A program made the position numbers and the translations under genes. Shown here piece after piece: positions 10,401 through 20,015 of a DNA stretch of 64,000 nt. The stretch covers positions 32,001 to 96,000 of the IMG/VR virus record IMGVR_UViG_3300042448_001253; one strand, 5' to 3'. The DNA comes from a virus. Every line of letters starts with the position of its first letter. Position 1 is the stretch's first letter. The notes under the pieces were generated by a model. The model saw nothing but the letters and a program-made list of their open reading frames with translations, had not been told where the DNA came from and did no database searches.

Positions 10401-12587
10401 TTTTTTCGGGGGAATAGGGTCCTTTGTTGTAGAGCTAGAGTTTTTTGGGACAATGTATGTAAAAGTATTTATGTCTTGAACTGTAACGACTTTTACATAG
10501 TCAGCTCCATAGTACTTTTGGTCCTCTTCCTTTGAATATTTAATTGAAACAAAATCCCCGGGATTTAAGTTATGTCTAGTAGTAGTGCTTACTATCATCT
10601 TGTTAGTAGACGCTCCTGCATCAGCTTTATAGCTGATTTTTACAATATTTGATACGGCATCAGGTTCTTTTAGCGTAACACTATACTTAATCTCGCTATA
10701 TGCAGGCTCGTATGATAGCCAAGATTTACCATTTACGGATGCAATACCGCCGGAAGTGACGCCTCTATAACTAGTAGGCTCAAAAAACATTCTAAAATAA
10801 ATGTAGTATCTGCCGCCGTGAGACGCAGATGGCTTTGAATCCTCTTCAATTCTAAAATAACCATTGAGAGCACTAATATCGTCAGCAGTAGGAGTAGCCG
10901 TGCTTGTGGTTAGTCCCTCAACTAAAACCTCATCGCCGGCTTTAAACTTAGGGTCTGTTGTATCAAAATAAAGATAGACAAGGGTGTCAGTCTGGTAACT
11001 TGTTGCATCTTCGATGTCCGGGTCAACGACTACTTCATAGTATCTTATCGTGTATGAGTCTCCCGGTGCTACATCGTACACTTCAGCGTAGCCATCAAAA
11101 ATAGGCTCAGACCACTTGCTCGCATAGCCGTCAACGTTTACTATTTTTACCTGTTCACCGATATTGTATCCGTGATTTGCGCCAGCAGGAAATACCTTAA
11201 GTAAGGTTTTTTCTGCAGCATTTTTAACAATGTTTTTTTCTGGATTTTCAACGGACTGCTTTTTTCTATTGTATTTTGCATCCGAATGTCCTGGAACAGG
11301 GTCGGTAAAAAATATACTTCTAGATGTTATATCTGTAATTTGAACAGTATTGTTATACTTTTCATAATCAAAGCTATTTACATCTTTATTATTTTCAGTT
11401 TGAAGAGCAGGTTTTTTTCCTTCAATCGCTACAATTACTTTATCTCCAACGGAGAACCTGTGAGCAGAGTTCAATGTAAGCTCTACTAGACCAGCGGTCC
11501 TGGTTAAGTGAGTTATGTACTCCTCATTGTACTTGGTAATCTGCCTATACTGAACCGGAGTTTGTTGAATAGATACCGAAGTTTCCGCAATATTGGTGAG
11601 CGGTATAGGGCTTAATTTATTGAAATTACTAATCGGATTACTGATTACGTATGTAATTTTAGTTGGGCTAGGTATCTCAGAAACAAGATATCTACCATTC
11701 AGTAAATCGTCTACGTTCGAAATTTCTATTCTTTGGCCAGCAACCAATCCGTGAGGTAGGTCAGTGGTTAAAGTTGCAACTCCATTATCTTCATCTGTAG
11801 TTACTAATTCTTTTTTAGTAACCGTTATAGGAACTCTAATTCCTGGAGTAATTTCTTCGTTAGGGAACTGTACATACTCAAAATCATTCAAAGTGTTGTC
11901 AATTAAGTTTCGTAAAAACTCATAGGTATCGACCTTCATCGTTACAGTTACATTAGGGTAGCTGCCAGTAGGCGGAATAGGGAGTTTTTTAATATCAACA
12001 TAAAAGGAGTTCTGACCCGGGTCCGCAGGAGCACCGTCATCATCAATATTTAAAACTCTATAATTACCAGTGTATTTTCTCAAACTACTAGTCAAGAACG
12101 AGATACGAACACTTTCTCCGTCAGCTCCTCCCCTAGGAGCTTCTAGTAAAGTCCTACTAGTAGACTGTACGAGAACCTTACCGTTCTTTTCAATTTTAAT
12201 AACCTTAGCTGTAAAAGTCTGAGAATAAGCTTTCCAAATCATCCTGTGGTTTAGGTAGCTAGTAAACTCGCTTGCAGAGAAGCTAAGGCTACGGCCTACC
12301 ATGTCATAGGTTCTGCCCCAAATAATCCCACCCCAGACACAAACTCCGTCTCTAACTGCGTAGATAGCAGTTTTACCGGGCATGGTTGCGTTATATAAAT
12401 CAAGAGCATTTGTCTGATTAGTAATGGTAATTTTTCCATCAAAGCTGCCAGGGCTCTTTAGGCTACGCTCGTAGTTTACGTCTTCTAAAGATAGTTCACC
12501 AATAATAGTATTAGTGACGAGGTCAGCTGTATAGTAGCGGTAGCGAGGGGCAGTGGTACTACCTACCGGTATAACAATATCTGGCAT
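7473..12587 (-). CDS. Baseplate hub/Tal-like minor tail protein with a large internal insertion of repeated beta modules
   Basis: 1704 aa. N-terminal YRYYTADLVT...VWGGIIW and C-terminal ...YDPGDWC..I..D..RI hub-like halves flank many H(G/N)L..GD.V.I repeats. Confidence 0.8.
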   Translation of the reverse strand: MPDIVIPVGSTTAPRYRYYTADLVTNTIIGELSLEDVNYERSLKSPGSFDGKITITNQTNALDLYNATMPGKTAIYAVRDGVCVWGGIIWGRTYDMVGRSLSFSASEFTSYLNHRMIWKAYSQTFTAKVIKIEKNGKVLVQSTSRTLLEAPRGGADGESVRISFLTSSLRKYTGNYRVLNIDDDGAPADPGQNSFYVDIKKLPIPPTGSYPNVTVTMKVDTYEFLRNLIDNTLNDFEYVQFPNEEITPGIRVPITVTKKELVTTDEDNGVATLTTDLPHGLVAGQRIEISNVDDLLNGRYLVSEIPSPTKITYVISNPISNFNKLSPIPLTNIAETSVSIQQTPVQYRQITKYNEEYITHLTRTAGLVELTLNSAHRFSVGDKVIVAIEGKKPALQTENNKDVNSFDYEKYNNTVQITDITSRSIFFTDPVPGHSDAKYNRKKQSVENPEKNIVKNAAEKTLLKVFPAGANHGYNIGEQVKIVNVDGYASKWSEPIFDGYAEVYDVAPGDSYTIRYYEVVVDPDIEDATSYQTDTLVYLYFDTTDPKFKAGDEVLVEGLTTSTATPTADDISALNGYFRIEEDSKPSASHGGRYYIYFRMFFEPTSYRGVTSGGIASVNGKSWLSYEPAYSEIKYSVTLKEPDAVSNIVKISYKADAGASTNKMIVSTTTRHNLNPGDFVSIKYSKEEDQKYYGADYVKVVTVQDINTFTYIVPKNSSSTTKDPIPPKKDTEGFVSKSGIVTRIKSVVGAPQPVSIAFSHADGKNVNEGGQVTLYSIDHGLAVGDYIFVDMHGTKNSDLENDRKSVKITQTTRDTISYKISNSIPQTDSMEIRGVVFDTDTDGQKVVAFDIVEKGTAVAAKTNTITKIKPKWHKGAANENYVTYTTSSATTFVVGDKVTISGLQDSGSITTSTTTATPSIESFSYFAGSLFAATAGIQKQPGKTMTIKFATGHGLPVGSGFNDSKKPTNKNTIKISGFLTKHPIKKAGWSVYSKQSYLNLFLPFNNREINVAKVVDSQTVTISFTAFPANYNFDSYNGNGLSSIVYNKNKVTNTYKNFEQFNRTGTVAYVSGSTFSVKYDFLSEKSGNGVASDDAIGTEYTLSTTGTAKVPSYNKSNISVGSKINVLGLQNYTSTTTKKVLKFSKLNGAHTVKKTASNSNYSDGKTSTRVTVVNNLKTDDGKSTLVLNNLPYPGFDASYTDAKYPSLSKAKIEKWQSTSGTARLDFTKTNAQVQEISGVFRSSSTPTVAIFTSEGHDFKVGDFAEVNIFGKYSAAFEQGGLAREITAVTEDTFSYVMRAPVKISYYSISDDVATLFFAGNSSHNLVGGDVITVSSIAASVNGSRTITNTGVSSISFSVTAGTADVKKTRNNGTISVTSYVNFNGPSYDGYAVPGAFIQRIPTIFSRTFGEFPLNADIGLSYSTNDYSGNAIQNTPITGSSLNTVASILDKYSSGIGGFEYRVDCNLTYDAQGNKNFTRTFVLIPIYPDSMTQYLNSLPGNKLAVGQWAPPAAFGADKVIFEYPGNITNVNMTESAQDSATRMFVSSSSNGSGVAEVPYSAASDTTLLAAGWPLLDKKETVSYPQSNAPDNKNIDDYGNYDMETDFHTSAVRFLSESKPPQGDITISVNGSLTPAVGSYDPGDWCSIIINDDFIKNRLNSPLEPRKDVIVRKIDAIKVSVPNNPAFPEMIDLTLVPDWQVDTIGK

Positions 12588-12630
12588 TATTTCCTCACGT
12601 AATCGTCTTCAGTACTTTGCTAGTACTATT

Positions 12631-14511
12631 CTACCCTATCCAGCCAGAGCGGTATTTGACCACGGCAGTTCCCACGCCACCGGTTTTAGTAAATTGAAAG
12701 ACGTTATTCCCCGGCTTTAATTTTATCCAGTCAATGTCTGCAGCCAGCATAGAGCGGGAGCTGTCAGGTAGCCCTCTATACTCAACACTGTTGTTATAGG
12801 TATCAATTTCAAGAGTATCGCTTACGGACAGAGTGACCACACCACTGGAAACGACTGCACTCGCTATCTCGTAGGATAGCTTGCCTTCATAACTAGTCGG
12901 CTGATTAGAGACTGTTTTAGTGAAAGTAAAAGTTGTAGATGAAGTATTTGAGACAACTGCATAGGTACCGTTGAAAATAGGGTTGCTTGTCCCTGAAATA
13001 TGGAATGAGTTTCCAGCAGACATTCCGTGATTAGCAGCTGTAGTAACCGTAGCTAGGTTGGATGAGTGAGTTATGCTAACAACATTAACGCCTGGATTTA
13101 CATAGCTTAGGGTATTAGAAGTTATTGCTGTAATTACAACATTTGGTTTGTTATACCTAGCTGCTACGCTAGTGACAGTTATAGTGTCCCCTACAAGGAA
13201 TCCATGCTCAGATACACCGGAAGGGTTGGTGATAGTTAAAGTTGCAATGCCAGACTGGTTTACAGAGTTAGAGACATTGGAAGTGGTAAAAGTGGTAGCC
13301 GCACGCAAACTTTTGATTATTTTTATAGTTTGCGTAGTAGTTCCGGAGACGCTAGTAATATAAGCAGGTGCGGTTACAGGAGCAGTAACAACAAAACTTG
13401 CAGCAACGTCAGTATTCCCCTGATTAGTTAAAGTTGCATCCGTTATGTCAAAATAAGGATATACAGACGATGCTTGGTGGAATAGCACGGCATCATAGAA
13501 TGCCGCTTCAGCACCAGTTCCTGCATATCTTGTATAGAAAGCCACTTGAGCTTTTACGGCTCCGGCAGGTGCTGTTGCAGTAAGACTTAATCTTGTCCAA
13601 GTACTAGGATTAATTGAAAATAGTTGAGCACTAGTCGGAGAGACATTAGGCACCTGAGAAATTATAGTATCCGATGAGTCGTACCAGTTAATATTAAGGT
13701 AAGCAGTAGTATCGTATGTTTCAGATAGTCCATACGCTGATGCAGTGTAGACCTCTCCAGCAACAACTGCTGGAGAAGTTTCGGTAGTAGTTGAAGCAAT
13801 ATATAACGCACCAGGAGACCCTGTAACTACCGAACTAACTTTGAGAGATGCTGTTCCAGAGTAAAACTTAGACGTAGAACGGGCAACTGTAGTAGATAAG
13901 TACCCTCCCCAACCATCAGCGTTAGTCCCAAAATTAGGATTGGGTATTAGATTAGTAAGTCCGACAGAGGTTAACCCATCTCCAGACTCTAGACCCTCCC
14001 AGCCATACTTTATCGGGTCTCCTGCTTTTAGCGGGATAGAAAACTCTATACGACCACGAGCACTAACGTTAGTGATTGACGGCTGTCCAGAAAGTCTAAC
14101 GTAGGCCGCTTTTTTAGGAGACTCATCAACAAATAGCCAAGCACCAGTGTAGACAAGGTTGAAAGCCTCAAGTAGTTCCTGACGAGCAGCCGGCACCTGA
14201 GACGGAGTTTGGGTCAAGATAGCACCAGTAAGGGTTAGGCTACGAGCAGTCCAGCGGCCACGAACATCGTAAGAGCCATCGTCTAGACCACGCTTGTAAT
14301 CCTGGACCTCAACGCCAGATGAGTTCCACCAACCTTCAATATCAGTACACACCCAAACAACGTTGTTAGCGTCTATAGTATTTAGCGTTAGGCCGTTGAT
14401 ACGAATATCTCCGGCTAGAACCATACCGGTCAGATGTGGTCTAGGTAGTTTAGTTAAGGCCGTATTTACAGAATCGTTCTCATAACCCTGCGGGTCAACA
14501 TATGGAGTCAT
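12631..14511 (-). CDS. Distal tail (Dit-like) protein with carbohydrate-binding-like insertion
   Basis: Follows the tape measure gene. GSYDVRGRWTARSLTLTG...EFSIPLKAGDPIKY N-terminus, NLIPNPNF CBM-like insert, WIKLKPGNN...YRSGW C-terminus. Confidence 0.8.
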   Translation of the reverse strand: MTPYVDPQGYENDSVNTALTKLPRPHLTGMVLAGDIRINGLTLNTIDANNVVWVCTDIEGWWNSSGVEVQDYKRGLDDGSYDVRGRWTARSLTLTGAILTQTPSQVPAARQELLEAFNLVYTGAWLFVDESPKKAAYVRLSGQPSITNVSARGRIEFSIPLKAGDPIKYGWEGLESGDGLTSVGLTNLIPNPNFGTNADGWGGYLSTTVARSTSKFYSGTASLKVSSVVTGSPGALYIASTTTETSPAVVAGEVYTASAYGLSETYDTTAYLNINWYDSSDTIISQVPNVSPTSAQLFSINPSTWTRLSLTATAPAGAVKAQVAFYTRYAGTGAEAAFYDAVLFHQASSVYPYFDITDATLTNQGNTDVAASFVVTAPVTAPAYITSVSGTTTQTIKIIKSLRAATTFTTSNVSNSVNQSGIATLTITNPSGVSEHGFLVGDTITVTSVAARYNKPNVVITAITSNTLSYVNPGVNVVSITHSSNLATVTTAANHGMSAGNSFHISGTSNPIFNGTYAVVSNTSSTTFTFTKTVSNQPTSYEGKLSYEIASAVVSSGVVTLSVSDTLEIDTYNNSVEYRGLPDSSRSMLAADIDWIKLKPGNNVFQFTKTGGVGTAVVKYRSGWIG

Positions 14512-17500
14512 TAGATAGTCGCACCTTTACGCATTTCGTTTCTAAGTTGGTAAGCAACAAGAGATGCTACCTGCTGTTCGTCCATACCCGGAGCGGCGTT
14601 GACTACAATAGACATCCCGCTTCCCATTCCAGAAACATTTCTATTACCGTTGATAGCATTTAGAAGTTCCAGATTCTGAGCGGTAGCACGAGCGTTTACA
14701 ACAAACTCACCGTTTGAAATCATCGCAGGGATTTGGTCCGAACGGGCAGTACCTAAGCCAGAAACTCTACCGCTATAGCTAGGGCCGAATCCATCAGCAA
14801 ATCGGCCAACTAGACCACCGTTACTAAACCCTCTGAATAGTCCGACGCTGAAGAACCCGCCATCCTTCTTCTCAGCAGCAACTGTAAGAACGACGTCTCC
14901 AAGACCTTCCTTAAGTTTAGTCTTTGCATCGGTCAGTGCTTTCTTATCCCACTGAGCAGTTAGATTTACAGTGCTCGCAAGGTCAGCTCCACCCTGCAGA
15001 CGTTTTTGCTCAGCAATAATATCTTTATCTCTAATACCAAACTTAGCAGCAAGCTCTAAAGCACCAAGCTCTCCTTGGCTAGCAAGCATTTGAGCTCTTA
15101 AGCCAGCAGTTCCGCCCATCTGCTTAGTAATAACGTTAATTACAGCAGTAGTATCGCCAAAAGCGGCAGCAAGAGTTTCAGCATTTGCAGTTGCAGTAGA
15201 TGCAACTTTATTTGCAGCAGTGTAGTTATCAACGGCAGCTTGACCACCTGCAGCAAGAGCCGCAACTAAATCTGCTCCAGCAGCCCCCTGAGAAATAATA
15301 CCTTGAAGTGCTTTCTTATCTTTAAACAATGTATTAAGTTTAGAGATGTTTAGTCTCCAGTTTGTGAGTGCAGTACCCTGAGTCTTTAAATTCTCTAGAT
15401 ATTTAGTTAGGCTAAACTTACCATTTTCATCTGTTGCTTTTTGCATAGCATCATTTGTGTCAATAAATGATTTAGCTGCATTCTTAAATGTTTCAGCAAA
15501 TTTCTTCTGCTCAAGTACAGCTTTTCTACGAACATAAGAGCCTTCACCGATAGCGTAGTCAACAGCTTTCAAAGCGTTTACAGTGCCGTCAGCATTCATA
15601 ATGGTGTCACCCATAGCCTTGGCTTGCTTCTCTAGAGATGCAACCATGTCCTTGTTAGAGAGAATTGCTTCCTCGGTGGCCTTACGGTTCATACCGCTAG
15701 AGACAACTAGGTTACGGAATTGACGCTGAGCCTCCGGAAGGTTCTTCTTAGCTAGCTTAGCTAGGCTAGTCATGTAAGTGTCCATGGCTTCTCTAGCAGC
15801 GTACGTCTTTTGACTGTACACTGTTATAGTTCTTCCACCCTTACCGTACTGAATCTGAGTACCGTTTAGAGCTTTACCCATCTCCTTGATGCTTTTGATT
15901 CCATTTTTCTGGTCATCTCGTACGGATAGCAGCGATGCAGTCCACATGTCCTGAGCATCCTTGACCCCAATAATTTTGCCTCTAGTACTATCAAAGCTAC
16001 TGTCAATCTCTTTGCTAGCTTTTTTAACGTTATCAGCTTTGATTTGGTTAAACCAAGATACAAGAGCAACAACTACAGCAATAACTGCAGCGATGGCTAA
16101 AACAATAAGAGTCAATGGCCAGATAGCTGAGTTAACTGCTACAGAGAATGCTGTTACTGCCGGGGTAGCTATACCTGAAGCAACTCCAACAGCTCCAGTC
16201 GCAACTGCGTCTGCTCCCTTAGCTGTAACACCCGCCCAGGTGGCTGCGGTTTCGACGGTTCTTTTACTAGCAGAGAATGCAACTTTTATTGCGTTCATAG
16301 CTGCAAGTCGACCTTCTTTAGTCATAAGAAGTAGTAGTCCAGCTTTAGCTCTAGCTGCAAATGTTTCCGCAGTTGTGTTTAGTATTATTGCTGTTCTATA
16401 GATTCTAAGAACTTTAATTACGCCAGTAACTTTTCCACTAAAAAGTAAAAATGTTCCAGCAATAATTTTACCAGCTGTATTTAGAAGCAGCATGGTGGTA
16501 ACCAGAGCACCAATAAGACCTATAAGAGGACCAAGTGCATTCATTAGAGGTTGCAGTGTTCTTAAGAAGGCACCAATACCACCTAGTATGTTTCCAAGAA
16601 CGCGTAAGTAAGTTTCTAACTGACCGGCGTCGGCAAATGCTGCAACAATTTCAACTATACGAACCAGTAGGATAGCTAGCTCGTCGCTAGAACCTTGAAT
16701 AGATGCAAAGATTTCTTGCAGCGGTCCCTCTAAATCAGCTAGAATTCCCCAGAAAGCAGCAACTGCAGGGCTTGTACCTAGTTCGGTCATAAAGCCAAAT
16801 ATCTTACCCAGACTGTCAAGCATAGCCTTCAGGTTTGTAGCTGCAGCTAAGAAGTGCTGCTTACGAGCAAATTCTCCGGCTGCTCCATCTAGACCTTTAA
16901 ATCCAACAGTTCCTTTATTGAAGAAATCTAGTAGTAGCTGACCTCCGGTACCTGGACCAACGTTAGCCTTAATCATCCCCTTAAATTTTTCAAATAGACG
17001 TCCTAGAATTGCACCCCAACCAGCGGCCGCATCTCCTGCATCTTTAAAGAACTGCATAATGTTTGCAAAGTTGCCTTGCATGTTCTTACCGAAGTCGTCA
17101 GCTTTAGCATCTAAAAATAAAGTAAACCTACTGATTAGCGGCTGAATAGCACGCATCAGAGCTAGGAATCCGCCGAATGCTTTACCTAAAGTTCCGCCTA
17201 GCGTACCCACGGTAGTCGAGCTATTTTTAAAGAACTCAGCCATATTGTTTTTAGTTTGCGGGTCAAATAGAGTTCCAGCAAAACTAGCCGTTGCTTTACC
17301 AAGACCTTTGCTTACCTCTGAGAACCCGTCGACAAGCATGTCAAAGAATCCGCCGCTAAACATCTCTTTCATTTGCTCTGTAAGCACAGGCAAGAAGCTA
17401 GATGCAGCAGCCTCTTTTAATTCCTTCATTCGAGGCTGTACGCTAACTAGATACTGAGCAAACTTTTTCTGTGTCTCGGTTAAATCTTTGTACGGGTCGG

Positions 17501-18239
17501 CTCCAGCAGCTCCTCCAGAACCCTTTTTCTTAGGATTAGCAATCTGCTCTTGAAGGTCAGCGTTCCTGTCTTTAGCTTTTCTAAAAGCCAAATCGGCTTG
17601 CTGATAGGCAAGTTCAGCCTCACGTCTAGCACGGTTGTCCGGCGGTAGATTTTGAACCCTAGCGAGGTTTTCTCTTGCTTTTTCTAAAGCTATTGCAGCT
17701 TCTTCTTGACTAAGAGCGGCACCTTCAGCAGCAAATGCAAGTTGCTGCATTTCCTCTTTAAGTTCTCTAATACTTTTACTAGTGCCCCCGGCAGCAGTGC
17801 CACCAGCTTTGACGGCCTGCATTACTCCGCTAAATGCCTGCTTACCTACTAGGCTAGCAACTTTCAGCTGAGCCATAATACCGACTAGTGCTATGCTGGC
17901 AGATGCAGCTCCAGCCATGTTGCCAGCTAAAGCAAGGAGACCGCTACCAAGAGCAGCCACCGACTGGATTAGAGCACCAATACCCGCTTGAAGTACGTAG
18001 CTTCTACGGACAGTTTTAGCAAAACTACTAGCTACGCTTTCAGATTCTTTTCTTAGCCTCTTAAAAGCATCAGCACCACCACCTAGCCCTTCGTTCAGTC
18101 CTTTATTAAAAGACTTAGAGACTTCTTCGGAGGCCTTCTGAGCCTCGGCAGTAGCACCATGGAATCCTTTACGAATTTGTTCTTTTACGCGGCTAGTATC
18201 CGCGATGACGGTGATTTTTGCTTCACCTACTACTGCCAT
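14511..18239 (-). CDS. Tape measure protein
   Basis: 1242 aa, Ala/Gly-rich helical with hydrophobic stretches. MAVVGEAKITVIAD N-terminus, GTARSDQIPAMISNGEFVVNA near the end, located after the chaperones. Confidence 0.9.
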   Translation of the reverse strand: MAVVGEAKITVIADTSRVKEQIRKGFHGATAEAQKASEEVSKSFNKGLNEGLGGGADAFKRLRKESESVASSFAKTVRRSYVLQAGIGALIQSVAALGSGLLALAGNMAGAASASIALVGIMAQLKVASLVGKQAFSGVMQAVKAGGTAAGGTSKSIRELKEEMQQLAFAAEGAALSQEEAAIALEKARENLARVQNLPPDNRARREAELAYQQADLAFRKAKDRNADLQEQIANPKKKGSGGAAGADPYKDLTETQKKFAQYLVSVQPRMKELKEAAASSFLPVLTEQMKEMFSGGFFDMLVDGFSEVSKGLGKATASFAGTLFDPQTKNNMAEFFKNSSTTVGTLGGTLGKAFGGFLALMRAIQPLISRFTLFLDAKADDFGKNMQGNFANIMQFFKDAGDAAAGWGAILGRLFEKFKGMIKANVGPGTGGQLLLDFFNKGTVGFKGLDGAAGEFARKQHFLAAATNLKAMLDSLGKIFGFMTELGTSPAVAAFWGILADLEGPLQEIFASIQGSSDELAILLVRIVEIVAAFADAGQLETYLRVLGNILGGIGAFLRTLQPLMNALGPLIGLIGALVTTMLLLNTAGKIIAGTFLLFSGKVTGVIKVLRIYRTAIILNTTAETFAARAKAGLLLLMTKEGRLAAMNAIKVAFSASKRTVETAATWAGVTAKGADAVATGAVGVASGIATPAVTAFSVAVNSAIWPLTLIVLAIAAVIAVVVALVSWFNQIKADNVKKASKEIDSSFDSTRGKIIGVKDAQDMWTASLLSVRDDQKNGIKSIKEMGKALNGTQIQYGKGGRTITVYSQKTYAAREAMDTYMTSLAKLAKKNLPEAQRQFRNLVVSSGMNRKATEEAILSNKDMVASLEKQAKAMGDTIMNADGTVNALKAVDYAIGEGSYVRRKAVLEQKKFAETFKNAAKSFIDTNDAMQKATDENGKFSLTKYLENLKTQGTALTNWRLNISKLNTLFKDKKALQGIISQGAAGADLVAALAAGGQAAVDNYTAANKVASTATANAETLAAAFGDTTAVINVITKQMGGTAGLRAQMLASQGELGALELAAKFGIRDKDIIAEQKRLQGGADLASTVNLTAQWDKKALTDAKTKLKEGLGDVVLTVAAEKKDGGFFSVGLFRGFSNGGLVGRFADGFGPSYSGRVSGLGTARSDQIPAMISNGEFVVNARATAQNLELLNAINGNRNVSGMGSGMSIVVNAAPGMDEQQVASLVAYQLRNEMRKGATI

Positions 18240-18260
18240 AAGTTCACCTCCTCCTAATCA

Positions 18261-18599
18261 CTAATTAATTGGAGCATCTAGGATGTCACCAAACGGAGTG
18301 CTTGAGAACTCATCCATGTTGGTTGCTGGAACAAATGGTTTTGTCTCAGCATTGGTAGGGTCAAATGGAGCAAGGTCATCAAAGTCGAAATCAGAATTAG
18401 CTGCAGCAGTCCTATTCTTAATCTCATCAGACGCATACCTGTAGTTAATCCCATAAAGTTGCTTGAATATGGTGATACGTCTAGCGTCAGTCATTTGAGC
18501 CTGCTCTACGCTAGCGTAATTCAGGTCTTCTTCATAGAAGTAGTGAATGACATCTAGCATGTCAGAGAGTTCCATCTCTTCAAGTCTCAATCCATTCAC
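18261..18599 (-). CDS. Tail assembly chaperone, frameshifted C-terminal (T) part
   Basis: The -1 frame from C CCA AAT is open (…SAARGLTLWAVDLWPYVNGKALVNGLRL…) and runs into this ORF. Confidence 0.85.
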   Translation of the reverse strand: MNGLRLEEMELSDMLDVIHYFYEEDLNYASVEQAQMTDARRITIFKQLYGINYRYASDEIKNRTAAANSDFDFDDLAPFDPTNAETKPFVPATNMDEFSSTPFGDILDAPIN

Positions 18600-18622
18600 T
18601 AGTGCTTTACCATTTACATACG

Positions 18623-18671
18623 GCCAGAGGTCAACCGCCCAGAGTGTTAGGCCTCTGGCTGCTGATTTGGG
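18623..18671 (-). promoter_or_regulatory. Programmed -1 ribosomal frameshift signal of the tail assembly chaperone
   Basis: Slippery C CCA AAT (18671-18665), 5-nt spacer, 8-bp stem GCCAGAGG/CCTCTGGC (18659-18652 pairing with 18630-18623). Confidence 0.85.
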
Positions 18672-18988
18672 CGATTACCGTATTCTTCAATAATCCAACC
18701 GATGATTTCACCAAGTGTTTCAACAGAAACAATCTTGTCTGGGTCATCAAGTAGAGCATCAAAACGCTTGTATGTCTCAGCAGACATAACCTTTTCAAAG
18801 AAAACTCGGGTAATTTTTGCGGAGTCTCCTGCGTCATCTGAGTTTGCTAGTTCAACGAACTGTAGTAGGGTCTTACCCTGCATTCTTGGGTGGCACACAA
18901 ATTCTTCACCGTGAAGTGCGAACTTGATTGGTTCCTTGCTATCTGAACCGTCTTCTTTACCTTTGCCAAAATCTTTAAATCTTGCCAT
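18647..18988 (-). CDS. Tail assembly chaperone (G)
   Basis: 113 aa, between tail completion genes and tape measure, ends in a slippery site. Confidence 0.85.
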   Translation of the reverse strand: MARFKDFGKGKEDGSDSKEPIKFALHGEEFVCHPRMQGKTLLQFVELANSDDAGDSAKITRVFFEKVMSAETYKRFDALLDDPDKIVSVETLGEIIGWIIEEYGNRPNQQPEA

Positions 18989-19075
18989 CTTAGTAGTATC
19001 CTTCTTTTGTAGTTGTAGTGGAAAGGCGTTGATATTACGCCTACGTCTATTGTACTATGGCTTAGAAATGCCTAT

Positions 19076-19504
19076 TTAGACTCTCTTTAGTCCAGCTAAA
19101 ACGTCTAGATTTTTGAACAGGAATCTATTAGGTTTGGTTCCAGGGTGCTTGACTATAATTGTTCTAATCAACCTGCTCTTAGACATAAACACTAACTGAG
19201 GAGCTTTGTCAGGCTTAATGATGTGCGGCCTTGTTCCGTTGTGGTGGGCCAGGGCGTAAGGCAGCGGAGCTATTACCTCAGCATATTGACCAGCAGAAGT
19301 ACCCCTATGGGTGCTATAAATACTGTCACGCAATGCACCGCTCTTAACACCAACGTCTCTCTTAGCACGAATGATAGTGCGGTTGAGACGTCTATCTATG
19401 TACTTCCATAGGTTGTCTTTATCGCCTTGACCTGAGTCAGGAGTATTTAGGAAGAAGTGAAGCGGTTGGTCATAAATCTTGATTCGAGTTCTAGGGGTAG
19501 CCAT
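19076..19504 (-). CDS. HK97 gp10-like tail completion/neck protein
   Basis: AKRDVGVKSGALRDSI...YALAHHNGTRPHII...VKHPGTKPNRFL. Confidence 0.7.
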   Translation of the reverse strand: MATPRTRIKIYDQPLHFFLNTPDSGQGDKDNLWKYIDRRLNRTIIRAKRDVGVKSGALRDSIYSTHRGTSAGQYAEVIAPLPYALAHHNGTRPHIIKPDKAPQLVFMSKSRLIRTIIVKHPGTKPNRFLFKNLDVLAGLKRV

Positions 19505-20001
19505 TATGGAACCGCTATCGTAATCTGAAGTCCAACTGTATTGAACCCGCCATCTGGACCAGAAATCTGCAACTGGGCAACCACACCAAGGCCGTAGCCA
19601 GTGTCATCCCACATATCAAACTCACGAACAGTTTCCATCAAAATCCAAGCATCAATTGTAGGAAGTACGGAAGTTTGCTGAATCTTGTCTCCTGTTGGAG
19701 GTCTACCGTTTACGCCAACGATGGCTACTTCACGAGAGATAAGAATACGGAAGGTTGCAGTGCGAGGAACGTTGCATCGGTTAGGTTGAGCAATCTCATC
19801 GCCTGGAGTTCCTAGATACAACTGGTCAAACGCAATAACAACCTGCTCGCAGTCCAGGGCTGGCTCACCAATCATCCAGTAGCGGCGGTTAGGTAAAGCA
19901 ACGTTATAACTTTGATAGACGCTCTCTACACGTTCTAGAACTCCGTCTAGCATGTTCTTTAGGCGTAATGCCTCGGAATCTACTCCACTTAAGTCTCTCA
20001 T
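19504..20001 (-). CDS. Putative tail terminator
   Basis: 165 aa. Position between adaptor and gp10-like gene; beta-rich C-terminus (GGFNTVGLQITIAVP). Confidence 0.55.
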   Translation of the reverse strand: MRDLSGVDSEALRLKNMLDGVLERVESVYQSYNVALPNRRYWMIGEPALDCEQVVIAFDQLYLGTPGDEIAQPNRCNVPRTATFRILISREVAIVGVNGRPPTGDKIQQTSVLPTIDAWILMETVREFDMWDDTGYGLGVVAQLQISGPDGGFNTVGLQITIAVP

Positions 20002-20015
20002 CTATCCTTCTATCC